Assembly (NCBI GenBank): GCA_030141605.1
Contig: JAQGDQ010000058.1
Location: 95,852-159,851 of the forward strand
DNA length: 64,000 nucleotides
Source: Tubiluchus corallicola
Taxonomy: Eukaryota; Animalia; Priapulida
Direction: 5' to 3'
Below, in pieces: positions 14,755-29,072 of this stretch. Every line of letters begins with the position of its first letter. Position 1 is the first letter of the stretch. The position numbers and the translations under genes are program-made. The notes below the pieces were generated by a model that searched no databases, was not told where the DNA came from, and saw nothing but the letters and a program-made list of their open reading frames with translations.

Positions 14755-16890
14755 GCCATGTGAACAAAATGCAACAGAAATAGTCTAACTAGTACAGAAA
14801 AACGTGCTTCTCTGCATACTAAAAATCAACGTGCAACATGTACACAAGTCGTTGGAACATTCTCAAAACTGCAAAAAACTGTCGGCCGTTGCCATTAAAT
14901 AGAAATATTCATACAACAAAAACGTGCCCAAACTAGACTAAACGGTACCTATATTTTAAAGGTCAAAGAAAACAACTGTGATATTTCTAAGACAATCAAA
15001 CATCTCAGAACCCTAAGAAGTAAAAATATGACGGCCATTACCAAAAAGTGGGTTTTGGGCCGTAACTGAGTAATAATGTGCCTAAATTTGGCTAAGGTTG
15101 CATCTACACGCACGTTTTTAAGGCCAGAGAATGTGATGAGCATATTTTCGTGTAGGTAATATTTTCATAATAGTCAGTACCAATATTCTCAAGGTTTTTT
15201 CACTAGTTCCAAGTTAAAAACCAAATACATAGGTTTTTTAGCATACGAAAACTCATATCCGTAGTTAGAGCATGTCTGTATTACTTACTAATTATTAAGA
15301 ACAATTTCAAGTTCTTTGATTTCTTTATTTAGAAGCTACATTGGTATTCATATTAGTTATTAGTTTTTACAGTCAGTCTTGAGTCAGATGTTTGTAATCA
15401 ATTTTGAGTCAAATTGTAAGTCTTATGAAAATCCACAGTGTATATACAGACCTGTCCTTAGCAGAGATGCAAACCATTTTCATGTTCGTATCATTCAAGC
15501 TCCACCCACATGGAGGGCGAAAATTATTCAGATGTTGGCCCAGGACCCATACTAGTAAAGTGACTGTAAATCACATAATTTTTTATTATTATACTGGGAT
15601 ATGCTTAGATCCATCCCATCTCCATGTATCTTCAAGGGCAATTAATATGTGACGGGAGAATATTAATACCGACCTTGGCCATACGCAGCTACGCAACCAT
15701 CCATTTCAATTTAAAAGCAAAATGTGCTTAAACCGTTTCAGTGTAAAAGCCAAGCCCATATTGTAGCCAGCGCTGCGCCAACCATTTGCCGACGTCCGAC
15801 GTTTGGGCTCATGTTGCACTGATGAACAGAATAACGCTGGACCAACGTTGGCTACCCTCAATGGGCCGAGAGCACCCAGAGCCAACGCTGGACCTACAAG
15901 TGAATGTAAGCAACATAATTCAACTAGTGCAATGAAATACAATATGATAAGGTCCTACAGTGTCAATAACCTTTGCAAGCCACAGGTACTTGGTAATTCC
16001 TATGCTTCATAAGAATGAATTTTAACAGTGAAGTTAACATGAAACTGAAGTATAAGCTCTAGGTTAAAACGCCTTTGGACAATAAAAACTGCCTTTATAC
16101 CAGATGGGTGTATTTGTTGTTGACGTCTACAAATTAATAATGCTGAATTCTGTGATAGTTAAAGAACTAATGAAAACACAAGGAGCGTGTTGCCAGTTTC
16201 TACAAAAGAAACGTATAGATAACACTATCTAACCATTAATACAAGTTTATGAATACGGTCCTATATACTTTATAGAATATGTTATGACAGTCAAAGAATT
16301 TTTTATATTCTTGACACACACAATTGACACGGCATTAAGAAGGTTGTGTTGATGGTTTTCTTTTTCCTCTTAAACTATTTCTCTGTACAGCTTAATAGTT
16401 ATTTTGCTTATTTTCAGTATTTTGCAGTTAGAATTTTTTAGGCATCATACAGATAAAATTAGTTATTATGACAATTTTTGGTAGAGCTGATACAAATATT
16501 CTCATCACATTCTCCGACATGTGTATGTCAGTGTACGTATGGATACAACCTTGGCCACATTTAAGTACTTCATTACTCATTTACAGCTGAAAACCCTTTT
16601 TCGTAAATGGCGGATATATTTTCCATTTTTAGGGTTCTGAGATGTTTTCGGAATATTAGAAACATGACCATTGCTTTCTTGTTTTGTTTGACCTTAAAAA
16701 CACAGATGTACTCGCAATGTAGAGTTCGTTAGGCAAGTATTTGCTGAGTTATAGTAAACTTCCCATTTTTTGGTAATGGCCGACAGTTTTGAGGATTTTC
16801 CAGCAACTTGTGTGTAGTAATTTTCTAGTATGTTAATCAGCATGTTTTTTTGTATTAGGTATAAGGCTATAAGCGAACGCAACTTTGTTG
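14755..16890. mobile_element. Old long-inverted-repeat (foldback-like) structure
   Basis: About 14755-15170 aligns with the reverse complement of about 16470-16890. Shared blocks include AAACATCTCAGAACCCTAA, GAGAATGTGATGAG and AAAACTGTCGGCC. Confidence 0.65.
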
Positions 16891-17689
16891 CAATTTTTTC
16901 ACGTGATGAGGTGAGCTAAAAGTAAGCTAGATTGACTGGATTACAAATAACTTTACTTAACTTCTTTTATTTAAATACTGGCCGTTAAAATGTCATCACG
17001 GAAGTGCTGCTACAAGCTCTGTATGCAGAAAGTCAGCACGTAAGTGATACAAAATTTTAAGATGAGTTTTTTACTTTTGTGTAACTAAATGGTTTTCTTA
17101 TCCTTTAACGACTTTCACTTATCAGCTGCTTAACTCAAGCAACGAGATGCAGTATTAAATGTTGTTGATCTGCTTTAGCAAAATAAACAATTTTCTCAAC
17201 GGGGTTGTTTGTTTACGTGTAAACAGTTCAACTTGACAGGCTGTTATTTACCATATAAATACGAGACAAATATTTTTGGTTTTGTGTTACCGAACAGCTT
17301 GAGTAATTTAACATTCGTTGCCTGATGAAGTAAAAGTTGTCTAGTTTTTATTGCCTGAACAAAATTTGTGAGGGTTCACTAAACAAGAAAGAGGTGTATT
17401 TATTTTATATAAGCACAGGGCCAAAGGATGTTTGGAACTTAAATGGCTTAACAAATTCAATACATATTATACTTTTCACCAAAGCAATTCAAATATTTGC
17501 GATGATTTGAAAAGAACATATGGTCAGAAAAAATGATTTTGTTAAAAATGTGTTAAGGAAACTGCCAGACACAAGAAACTAATACCACAAAGAAGGATGA
17601 AAGGATATCAAAATTACATTATCAAGCTAAAGGAGCGAAAGCAAAAATTATAAAAGGAAAAATAATGAAAAACAACAGATTTATACAAG

Positions 17690-17795
17690 GAGAAACGGGG
17701 AAACAAACAGAAAGACAGCGAAGCAGAAAAAGAAAAACAGGGAGAGAAAGAGAGAGTGAAGAAAATAGAGTGAAAGAGGAAAGAAAGAGAGGGGG

Positions 17796-17860
<65 letters not shown>

Positions 17861-17976
17861 GGAGAGAGACAGAGGGAGAGAAGAGAGAGAGAGAGAGAGA
17901 AGAGAGTTAAAAAGATAAAGAAAGTGAGAAAGAAAGAGACAGTGGAGAGAAAGTGTGTGAGAGAGGGAAGAGAGAG
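17690..17976 (+). repeat. Purine-rich/(AG)n tract
   Basis: Directly visible. Confidence 0.92.
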
Positions 17977-17977
17977 A

Positions 17978-18185
<208 letters not shown>

Positions 18186-19339
18186 ATTTAAATATCATTT
18201 AATTAACTGTTATATTTGAAAAAGTACCTCATTTTGCAGGCAGCACATAAGATTTTACATTAAATGCATATAATTTTCAAAATAAGTTTTCAAAATAATA
18301 CATGATTACAAATGCAGTTGAAATTAATATACAAATATACATTTCTCTTGCATGTGAGTTGAAAAATAAACAAAGTTATGAGACTGATCATACATGATAA
18401 CACTAGTATTTAAGAACAAATTAAGTACTTTAATTATGTTACTTTGAAGATGAGTAATATTAAAAGCCTTTTTATTTCACGTTTTTATTTTAGAGAATCT
18501 GTGTATTTACGACATGTCGTACTACTTTTCTCAACAAGTCGCTGATGTTCATATCTTTTTCAATAAAGATCGATCGATCTCAAATTCACTGATGGCAATT
18601 TTTCAATAGGATTAGTCTTATCTGTTTCATTTACCAATGCACTTTGAAAAATCAAAGGTTCTGCTGTTTGAACTGATAGGACAGTTTGAACAACAATCAG
18701 TATTGCTATGTCTTCCCCAACTATGAACAGAAAAGAGCGTGTGCCTCTTTTCAACAACAAATTTAGTGCCGTCGTTTCTAAGTCGCGTTCATGATTTTTT
18801 AGCCATGAAGTTTAGAGGTGACAATTTGGGTAAAATAACATCTGCCGATATACTTTCAATCTGACTTGAACATTGAATCCTTTCCTTCCACATGATTTTC
18901 TATGTCTAATTATTATAAATGTAAAATATTCGTAAGACAACCATTTAACGCTTCGTATTTCAAATTACTGTTCTTAGTAACCTTTCGAAAATTTTTGCTG
19001 TAGCTAAGTGCAACTTTATAAGATACAGGTTAGTACGGTAGTTTTGCGGCATTTCCTCAGAAATATTTATTCCATTTTTAAGTACTTCTTCCCCTGGACG
19101 ACTCACAGCTTTCATGATAAGCTTGGCAACAGCGCAGTCATAGACTATATGAGATGGTGGAAACTCACAAATACACACCATATCCATTTTATTTGGATTA
19201 TAACCCACACCTGTAGCAGATCTCATGACGTCTGACCACAGTTTATCGAAATAACTGTTTTCGTATCACTCAGCACACTGACCTATAAAGCATACTTTAT
19301 TTTTGAAAACAGTTTCTTTTATTTTGTACCAGAAGGCGC

Positions 19340-19512
19340 GAGAGAAAAGAAAAAGAGAAAGAGAAAGAGAGAAAGAACAGGCTGGGGGAGAATGAGAGAA
19401 AGGGGAAAGAGAGAAACAGAGAAAGAGACAGAGTGAGAGAGAGAAACAGAGAGGTGAGGGAATAGAGTGAGAGAGGAAAGAGAGACAGAGAGAGAGACAC
19501 AAAGAGAGAGAG

Positions 19513-19594
<82 letters not shown>

Positions 19595-19635
19595 GGAGGG
19601 AGGGAGAGAGGGGGGAATGTACAGATAGAGAGAAA
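19340..19635 (+). repeat. Purine-rich/(AG)n tract
   Basis: Directly visible. Confidence 0.95.
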
Positions 19636-20344
19636 ATAGATTTGAACAAATAACTGCTGAAATCTTCGCTAGCATTATCTTTCATTTACTGTTCCAGATT
19701 AAAATCATTCTTACAAACTGCTAGGTGTCCTCAAACTCACATCAAAAACTTTGCTAAACGTGGGTAAACGCGCCCTTAGAAGAATTTCCAATTCTCAATG
19801 CTTCCTTTATCGGCCAATATCTCCAAACATTTTTGTTCAACAGCTCTTAAGTACACAGACCAGAGTGACTTAGAGCTGTGGATTAGCAATCAGCGCCAGC
19901 TGAATAGAAGTCAGTTCGAGATGGCTTCATTGGCAGGCTGGCAACGCAATGGGTGATGTAACTAGTCTTGCATTAAGCGACCACCGACACAATGCTGGGT
20001 TTAATAATATACGAAGTCGACGGTCCGGTAAATCTATGTGATCAGAGGAAGTTTCTAATGCAAGGGATTCAACTAAGCTTTTGATTGCATAATGAAAATG
20101 TGTGCACAGGTTCGTGTAACCGGAAACCGCATTTTCCATAACGTATGAATGAAGAATAAACGCCGTCATTTGCGTGACCTTATTTGGATCTAAATATAAT
20201 ATGGCCATTTTTACGACCTTATAAAGATATAAGCAGAGTAGTGTTCTTAGAAACTTTCTTTTAACTGAGGTTGTTTAATAATACACGTTTGTACAACGAC
20301 TTCCGAGCTGACTGACAATTGATTTTGACTGTTTAACACTTAAT

Positions 20345-20650
20345 AATGTCATAATTATCATCAATAGTCACCTCCTCGTCTTTGTTATTGCTGTCAGTAT
20401 CATCCACGCCTTTATGGGTATCGTCATCCTCGTTTTGTCATAGTTGTTGTTTGTCGTCATCTTCGTAACCATCACTGTCATCTCTATCGTTATTATTGTT
20501 ATCATAATCGTAGTCAACAACATCATCATCATTATTATTATCAGCAGCAGTAACAACAACGGCAGTAGTAGTAGTAGTAAAACAGCAGCAACATCGTCAT
20601 CTTTATTATTACTATTATCATCATCATCATAATCATCATCGTCATATCAT
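20345..20650 (+). repeat. Degenerate mixed trinucleotide tract (ATC/ATT/AGT/AGC)
   Basis: Directly visible. Confidence 0.85.
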
Positions 20651-23459
20651 CTTGAGAGTTACTGAGTACAGCAATCAACGTTTTATATATCCTGATATAC
20701 ACTAATTGGCACTAGGTTTATTTATAAATTCCTAAAGCTTAAGCGTCAGGTGAAGCATATTTTTCGCCATGAAATGTAATTATCGATCACTTTATCAAAC
20801 GTGGCAACAAAAAACAATCGATTTTCAAGCTTGAATTTGCTGGTTGCCCGCGGTAATAATAAAGGTTAATGCGGGGAAAATAATGCTTCATTAGCCAAGC
20901 GCTGATTTGTTAACTGTCAAATCGTGGAGGATATTACAGAAATTTGATAAGATTATTAGCAGTTTTTTAGCTTCTTTGTACGAGACGCAATATTTCTCCG
21001 TACGCATTTCTGCATATCGAGGAGACGAATATTTTGATGCTGTTTTTCTAAGAAACTCATCGTTAGCTTACGCAATTAAGAAAACGGGCCTTAAATTTAA
21101 ATGCTTTATTGCGTGATTCAAAATGCGTTTGCGTCAATCGCTTATACACATGTCAAGATAAGAATTTTATAACACGATAAGTTATGAGTAATAGCGTAAG
21201 AAAATAACAAAAGCAAAAATAAACGAATTGGAAGGCGAAAAAATACAAACTTACCTAGAAGTTACTGCAACTGAGGAAAAGAGAACGCCCAGAAGAAAAA
21301 GCCAGAAAGCAAAAGAAAAATAAAAAAGCAAAAAAGGAGAGAGAAAAGAAGTTGGGTAAGTTGTCTATCCGTCGACATGTTCGTGTGTTCGTTCTATTGT
21401 CTGATTAATTTTAAGACGTTCTTTTTATTTTTAATCCTAATTCACTCGACCTTTTGAAAAATGTCTCGTTACTAATGTTAACTTTTAATAAAGGATCTAG
21501 GCTCGCTAAAGTATCTGACTAACTCTCGACTTCCTTTTTGAGATAGCAATGCTAATTCGATGTGTATATTAGATATTGATATTATATCGATATTAGAGAC
21601 ACCTAACTGATTTAAATTTTTCTTCGCAACCACGGTCAATTTACTTTAGGATAATCAAACGAAGATACTAATTCATTGTAAGGATGAAGTAAAAACAGAG
21701 CAGAAAGCGTGCAACTACTTTTGGAAAAAAAGAAGACCGTGAAATTTCACGATATTTAGGACTTACGAAAGTAGGGATCCGATTTTCTTATGGATAAGAA
21801 ATCAAAATTATTTTGTTCAGAGTCATGAAAATAAAGTAAAAAACAATGAAGACAACAAAATATAAAATAATACAATTATCTCCTGCGCTGAGGAAGAACT
21901 AGCTATCACAACAATTGTCAATATCACCCCACCAGCTTATCGGTGGGACTTAACGTATAGAACTAATGTGGTCTTACTTTGAAGTCTTACTTCAAATTTC
22001 CAGTTACGTGCATTTTCATTTGTCCTATTTGGTTTTAGTATCCGTAGAGCAAAATTAGTCCTCTGTAACATCGGCACGATACTAGCTTTCTACCCGAAGT
22101 TGGCTGCATTAAGGTTTCTCTTGACTGGAAATTCATTATTTTTCAGCTACAATAACTTCGCGTTTACGAGTTAACTGAACCGCTCTGTTCATGTTCATTA
22201 TCCAAATTGCATTTAAATTCGGCTTAGATTGACAGTCATAATAAACAGACTTCATATGTGTAAAGGGGGTAGGAGAACACCAAAAATCCAAACCTAGAGA
22301 ACTTCCTATATTCATTAGCGACATAAATTCATTCTTGCATAAATTAAAGGCTTATCGAAAGAAAAGACATGCTTGTTAAACTATCCTCGCCCAAAACTGA
22401 GAACTGTTATGCACAGTAACAACATCTCGCTTGTAAAGCTCTGCTAGCCTACCGAAAGGCTTGCCCTGATATCATTAGTTTCACATAGCTTCATGATAAC
22501 AGATTGTAATATTCGTTGAGATTAAATACTATAATAATCAACTAATAGAGTGTAACTAATAGTCTTTCTTTTATGTATTTATTTTTTCTGATATTTATTT
22601 TAGCACTTTCTTATACTGACTAATTTAAAATTTGGTAGCTTTAATAGCTCTCAGTAGTAAGTGTTTTTATGTTAATGTAAAACTCGATTTTAACAAAAAT
22701 TTGATTTGAGATCAGGAAGCCTAATAAGACAGCCGACAAAAAGAAAAACATGGTCCTAATTACATACTATATTTTCTGTCCCAGTCTTTCAGCCGAACGT
22801 CTATTTTAACAACATTTGAAAGAACATCTCAAGCCATGTCATCTAACTAGCTCTCCCATACTCAATTTGCAGTGTCTTGAGTTTCCTTCCTATACAAATA
22901 CCGTAACACCTCGTTATGAGGATCACTGAAACCAGTTATATGTACAGGAAGACATTTTACGTTCAAGAATTTTGTCTCTTTAATAAGATTTCTAACGAGC
23001 GGTATTGATTCTCAGAGCGCGTGCATCGTCCGTCGTTTTCAGCTAAAAGTTTTTTCAGTTTATTTTTTCAGTTTCTTCCCTTTTTCAACAGCCTAATGAC
23101 TCTCGCTAGCAGGCTTTGTGTAATTGATTCTTTTTTACTTTACCTCCCATTAAAGATATATCATTACCGTTTGTTTATTTGTTCGTTAGTTTGCCATTTG
23201 TTGTTCGTTTGTTTCTTTTTCACCTTTATCTTCCACTTTTTCTTTTTTTGGTTTTCCCGACTGTCTGTCCGTCCTTGTCTTTCCCCCTCTCTTTCTCCTT
23301 CTCTCCCACAAATCCTATTTTTAAGTGAATTTGTAAAGACTGCTAACTCTTGTTTGCTGATTTCATCAAAGATTAATCTGTATTAAAATCCTGCTACCAA
23401 ATTCATGTTAGTGCCAGGCATGCTTTTTAACTGGAATTATTGTCTAATAAATGGGTCAT

Positions 23460-23715
23460 TGTTATCATCATCACCTTCATCATTGTCATCGTCCACCACA
23501 ATCACCACCACCACCATCATCATCATCACTAATAACAACAACAACGACGACGACGACGACAACAACAACAACAACAATAGCAACAACAACAGCAGCAGCA
23601 GCAGTGGCAATGACAACGGCAACGGTAATGGCAACAGCAGTAGCAACAACAGCAAAACAGCAGACGGCAGCTACGACGACGCTGATACTGACGACGATGA
23701 CAAAACAAAAACAAC
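23460..23715 (+). repeat. Compound trinucleotide tract (ATC/AAC/GAC/AGC)
   Basis: Directly visible. Confidence 0.9.
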
Positions 23716-26343
23716 AATATCCTTTCTCTCTGTCTTGCTCTTTCTATCTTCTTTTCAGTCTCTCTCACTCTTTCACTCACTCTCTTGTTCACCTCATTTT
23801 TATTGCAGCTGGTGTGAACTAGATGATCGAAATTAAAATTTAAGTCAAAATCAAATTGTCAATAAATGAAAGTTGAACAGAATCTACACTTAAGAGCCAT
23901 GTTCTATACTTTTTCATTATCGACTCTCGAGTTCTCCTTTTCGCCGACATCAGAGTTTTTGTTTTACACATTTTCCCGTATAAGTATGATGGCGTGTAAT
24001 GATTGCGTGAGTGAATATAACTTGATTGAAAGTTATATAATACACGGTGTACAGTGTTATGGGTGAAAATTCTAATGTAGCTTTTCCTTTCACCAGGCGC
24101 CGATTTTTATGGCATAAAACACTAATGCCTGAGGCAAATGTTTCCATAAAATATTATTCTATAGACGAGGTGGAGCGCTCAGTACATCAGAAAGATGGAA
24201 TTTTCAGGCATCTTATGGAATCACTTGCACATGTGTGGGGAGTTTTATAATTAAGACTTTCGCGTTGTTCAACAAATTGGCAAGTTGATCAGCCAGCCAG
24301 CCAGTCGGTCGGTCAGTTAGTCAATTAATTAACCTACAAACATGCAGTTAGTCGCCAGTCAGTCAGCCAGCAGAATAGTAGTTAGTCAGTCAATCATTCA
24401 GTTAGAAGACCAACCTGCTGGCAGACGGTACATCAAACAGTCCTGCAAACTGTCAAACAGTAAATTGTTTATGTAATTACATACGACTGCCCATTTTTAT
24501 TGTTACCTTAAGGTGCCACGTGTTTTCACGTTATGCCGTCCAAAGTATTTATACCAGCTTGGTCGCCAAGTGTTTGTGGTTTCAACATTTAATAATGGTA
24601 TTCGTTTTAGGAACGCACATATCTATTACTGAACTAGTTTGTCGTCTGTCAGAATCGAATGATAACAGAATCAATTATAATTCATGGAAAAATTCCAAAT
24701 TGAAAGGCAGCTGCAACAACAGCACAGAGTTCGTAGATCAAAATGTCTGTCCGTTTGTTTTTCCGATGACAAATTGCCTTTATAAAGGCCATTTACTGTG
24801 AAGCAAAATGTGGGTGAATTTTGTGAGCGGGTAGGTAATTGATTAGTTCGGGTTATAGCACAGTAGTGTATGGACTGAAGAAAGTATTAGCTTTTTTATC
24901 CTTAATGTAATCTGGTGTTTGATTTCCTCAAGGCACTGAAATTTCTTTTTTGATTTACCAACAACTTAACAAATTGTCCATTTTTTCAAATTGTGGGCGA
25001 TCTCATTCATTACTCGCGTATTCTAGAAACTTTTGGCTCTAAAATTGAAATTCTTGCTGATGTAGGCGTACTCAAAATGTTAGGTTCTGGTAACGTTCCC
25101 AAAATAATAAGAAATGAGAGAAAGGAGAATGTGTGTTTTCCTTTCTGTACCATTGGTTAGGTGAACAATGCAATGTGTTGTAAAAATGTAACTCAAATCG
25201 AGCCTGGTTGGTAAATGAATGGAGAACCATCTGGAAACGCTTTCTAGGGGCTATTTTTCGCTCAGAAAGCAACAGGACAACACGACGGAAATCATAGATA
25301 CGCACTTAAACGTAGGCTAAGAAGCATCATCGGTTCAATGTCTCAGCTCTCATATCCTCGATAATGAGTTATATTCTGGTCCCGCCACATCTATCCCTAT
25401 AGTGGGTACGGTCGTTTGTGTTTAGTTCGTCTAAAAAGTAGCTTTACAATATAAAAATTGAGAAAGAAAATTTCTATAGAGAAATGCCACTATTTCTTTT
25501 AGTAAAGTGTGTATAATGCCTAAAACTGCATTCTTAATCGAAAATAATATTTTATAGCATCAGTAGAAAACCACGTGCTCGCTTAACCTTCTACTAGTGC
25601 GTGTATGATATTGAATCGCGATATTAGATTTTTACAGTGGCTTCTTCTACAAATCTTCTGACAAGCATATAATTGTGAATATAGCCAAGGGTGATAAAAA
25701 GGTCTTTCTGACAAACAAAGAAAAAAAATTATGATTAAAACGACTAAAGAAATAATGCATATCGCAGAAGAGAAATTTTTTGCTGTCGCTTCAAGGCAAG
25801 TAATTTGCTTTCAGCAACATGTGTTTGTTACAGCCCAGCTTCTCTTTGATTAAAGTCAACCATTCAAACAGCCATTAAACATAATAACCTATAGTGGAGA
25901 TGCAGAATGTTTTATAATAATATGCAGCGCATTTCATGGGGCTCAGGTGTTTGAAGCTGTAACGTGTCAAATTGCCGCTTATAAACACACACAGTTTTGC
26001 ATTGCAAACGCTAAAGTTAGACCTGCGTTGTAATAATCGTTTGGAAGACTTGTTCCAAAATGAAATCTAGACGACAAGTTGCTAAATTAAGCTGACGGAA
26101 TCGTAATTTTCTCACATCAGAAAAGTGATTTGCTCTTTCAAACCAACGAGCATCATACGATTCACTGTGAAAACACAAAACGGTGAAAATGAATGGAATA
26201 TTATCAAAAGCACAAGGAAGGTTGCGAATTAAGCTGTGTAGGCGAAGCGAAACTTTTAATTCAGGATCTATTATTTCTGTTATTAATTCTGTTGCTTTAT
26301 TGCTCACTATGAATAGTTCCTCAAAGCAAGCGTCTAATAATGA

Positions 26344-26406
26344 AAGAGAGAGAGAGAGAAATTGAGAGAATGATAATGGAAGGAAAGAGAGAGAAAGAGA
26401 GAGGGA

Positions 26407-26485
<79 letters not shown>

Positions 26486-26555
26486 TATATATTTGAGTGA
26501 GTGGGAAAGAGAGAAAGAGAGAGAACGATTCTGAGGAGTGAGGGAGAGAAAGAGA
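26344..26555 (+). repeat. (AG)n tract
   Basis: Directly visible. Confidence 0.95.
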
Positions 26556-28857
26556 AAGGCTGGAATATAGTGCGCTATTGATCATCTTCTGTCATCAGTA
26601 TATTTGCAATAAATTATGTTAAATGTGGTAAGGAAATATTTGATAGTCTACTTCCAGTGTTAAGACGCCGAATTTGAGGCGCTTTCAAAGCACCGAAATT
26701 ATTTCTTTTACGAAACAAAAACACATCTAAATTACATCCAAAGCAAGCAAACAGTCATTTGGTGAACCTATTACAGTTTTAGAGTAAACGCTAAAGTTAC
26801 TATAAAAAACATTTAAAGGTTTGTAAAACTTTCGGCTGCTTTGAATAATTAACTTGTACTTTTATTTACGACTACATTTTAAAAGGGAAGGTTGCGTAGT
26901 TAATGCAATAATGTCGAAGTCACAGCGCATACACGCTTAGAGTATGCACGCATTCATCTTCCTCACAATTTTAAAACCATTTGTTTTCCAAGATTTTGTA
27001 ATCCTGTCAATGACCTTACGAACTAGTGCGGAATGCGAAGCATTGTTGATGATGATTGAACAAATCTTTTAATGAACAAATTGTATAAATAAAAATACAG
27101 TGCTGTCATTTGCAGGCAGAGGCGAAACATTGGATTACTCGATTGCTCTGTTTTTTTTCCGATTCGCATTGACTTTCAGATATGAAGTGCTACCATGACA
27201 AAGCTTTCTTGTGCCAAATGTCAGTTTCATAGCTACTATACAAACCGAGCTTCGGCCTGCACTCGTACGCACATGTTTATTTTGCTGGACATTTATGAAA
27301 TGTACAATCTTTAACACGTATAATTTTAGTAGCATGCTATGTTTCGGACAATGGCCTTCCGTCTGTTTCTTTAAGTTAGTCAGCAATTTTTCTGCAACAG
27401 TGCTCTGTTCGCTACGTCACCATATTAGAGAAAAGACTCCTCACTACCCAACCACATCTCACCAATCACAAATAGTACTCATTTTATGACATACACTCCA
27501 AACCACCCACCCACACATTACCATCCATATCATGCTACAAAACACAGCAACAAGAAAGTTATTTTGCACAATGCTCCTTAAATGACAAACGCATCGATAG
27601 ATGATTAATGATGCGTAAACATTTTATATAGTATTTGTTTATAGTTCCTGAAATGATGGTAGTAACTGTTAACAATTTATACAAAGCCGGTTGCCGGAGA
27701 ATTCGCTACGGTTTCTCGAATATCTAGTAAACACTTTTTGCGTTTTATTCTCACAATAAGGGTCTTGTGAATTAAAGACATAACTGATTGTACATGTTAT
27801 AATAAGTCTGACAACCTAAAAGTCACTTAATTTAGTTAACAATTTGTTTCGCCACGCCCAATGAAAGATGTATAGGGTACCGAACATTAGATATTTCAAC
27901 TATCAGGGCATCTGGGTCAAGGCATCTACATACCTCTGACAGTCAAGAATTAAATTCATCTTTCAACAGCCTCCGTTTGATAATCAGAGGTTTTGCTGTG
28001 TGTAGCTTTAGTTTTGTCTTTGAAGACGTTGTGGTTAGTTTAGGGGCTTAAAGGCATGTATCTCTAGATTTCCCTGGTGAATGGGTATCAGCGCCCAGAA
28101 AAGATTATTACACGCCCTGGTAATCAGTGGTGGGTTTCAAAACATACGGCATGTTGTGAACTTGCAGAATCTGCTGTTAGGTGACATAATGAGATAATTT
28201 AGTTACTATAAACAAATAACACACCGCGCGTTACGCTTTAAATTTAAGCAATGTGTTTAGTTAAAGATAAATACTTGTGCAGCGTCTATCTGTAACACGA
28301 TTCTGCGGTTTAGCTTTTAAACCACAACAGGTACTGATTTGACACATCTGACGACACAAATGCTTTGCGCGCTTTTAATAATACATGTATTACATTAGTA
28401 GGCGTCACTAATCAATGTTTGTTAAGTGCTAACCACCGAATTGTTGAGTAAGCGTTATTAAGTTTGGTAGTGCTATAACTAATTGCACTTTGTTCGCCAG
28501 TTTAATCTACCTTTTTTTGTAATTTGCAGTTTTGTTTCATTTTAGCAAGTCTTTTTTTTAAATTTTGTGTAGGTTTACATTAAAAATACGTGACCAATAC
28601 AATTTGTCCTGTCTGTTATTACGCTTTTTACGACCATTCACTTAACACACTCGATATGAAACTTCATTCCACAGGTGTGACTGTTCGCATGCAGCGTTGT
28701 TATACAAGTTGGGCGCTGCATCTAATTTGTCATTACTGCATTTTGCGAACGCGGCTTTATGTTATACTTCCAGTATGTCAAATTTAATAAAAATGGGCCC
28801 TAATAAGAAGAAAGTATTACGCACTTCGGCATCTTTTCCATAGCTTTCTGTTGTGGT

Positions 28858-29072
28858 GGGCGCATAGCCGCAAGTAGTTTTCGCGTACATAGCTTGTGAC
28901 CGCCTGGGTTCGAAATTCGCGTTAGGTGGGTTTCATTTGTCATACTAATTGCCACATGTATGCCATACTGATTGTGGCTGTTCGCCACGTTGTGCGAGGA
29001 CGCCTATACTTCATAATGTGGCCAAGACACCTTTGCCAGTTGAGTGGCTCATAACTTAGAGAGATACCTTTG
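28858..29072 (+). mobile_element. tRNA-derived SINE
   Basis: GGGCGCATAGCCGCAAGTAG A-box-like head, GGTTCGAAATTC B-box-like at 28907-28918, GC-rich body. Confidence 0.6.

Noticed and set aside
18560-19260. Protein-like minus-strand fragments (GVGYNPNKMD...)
   Set aside because: Possibly a decayed transposon ORF, but I could not assign a motif; needs tBLASTx against a repeat library.
21925-21965. TCGGTGGGACTT matches the 5' end of miR-278
   Set aside because: Only 12 nt match, and the stem is about 6 bp, so it cannot form a pre-miRNA hairpin.
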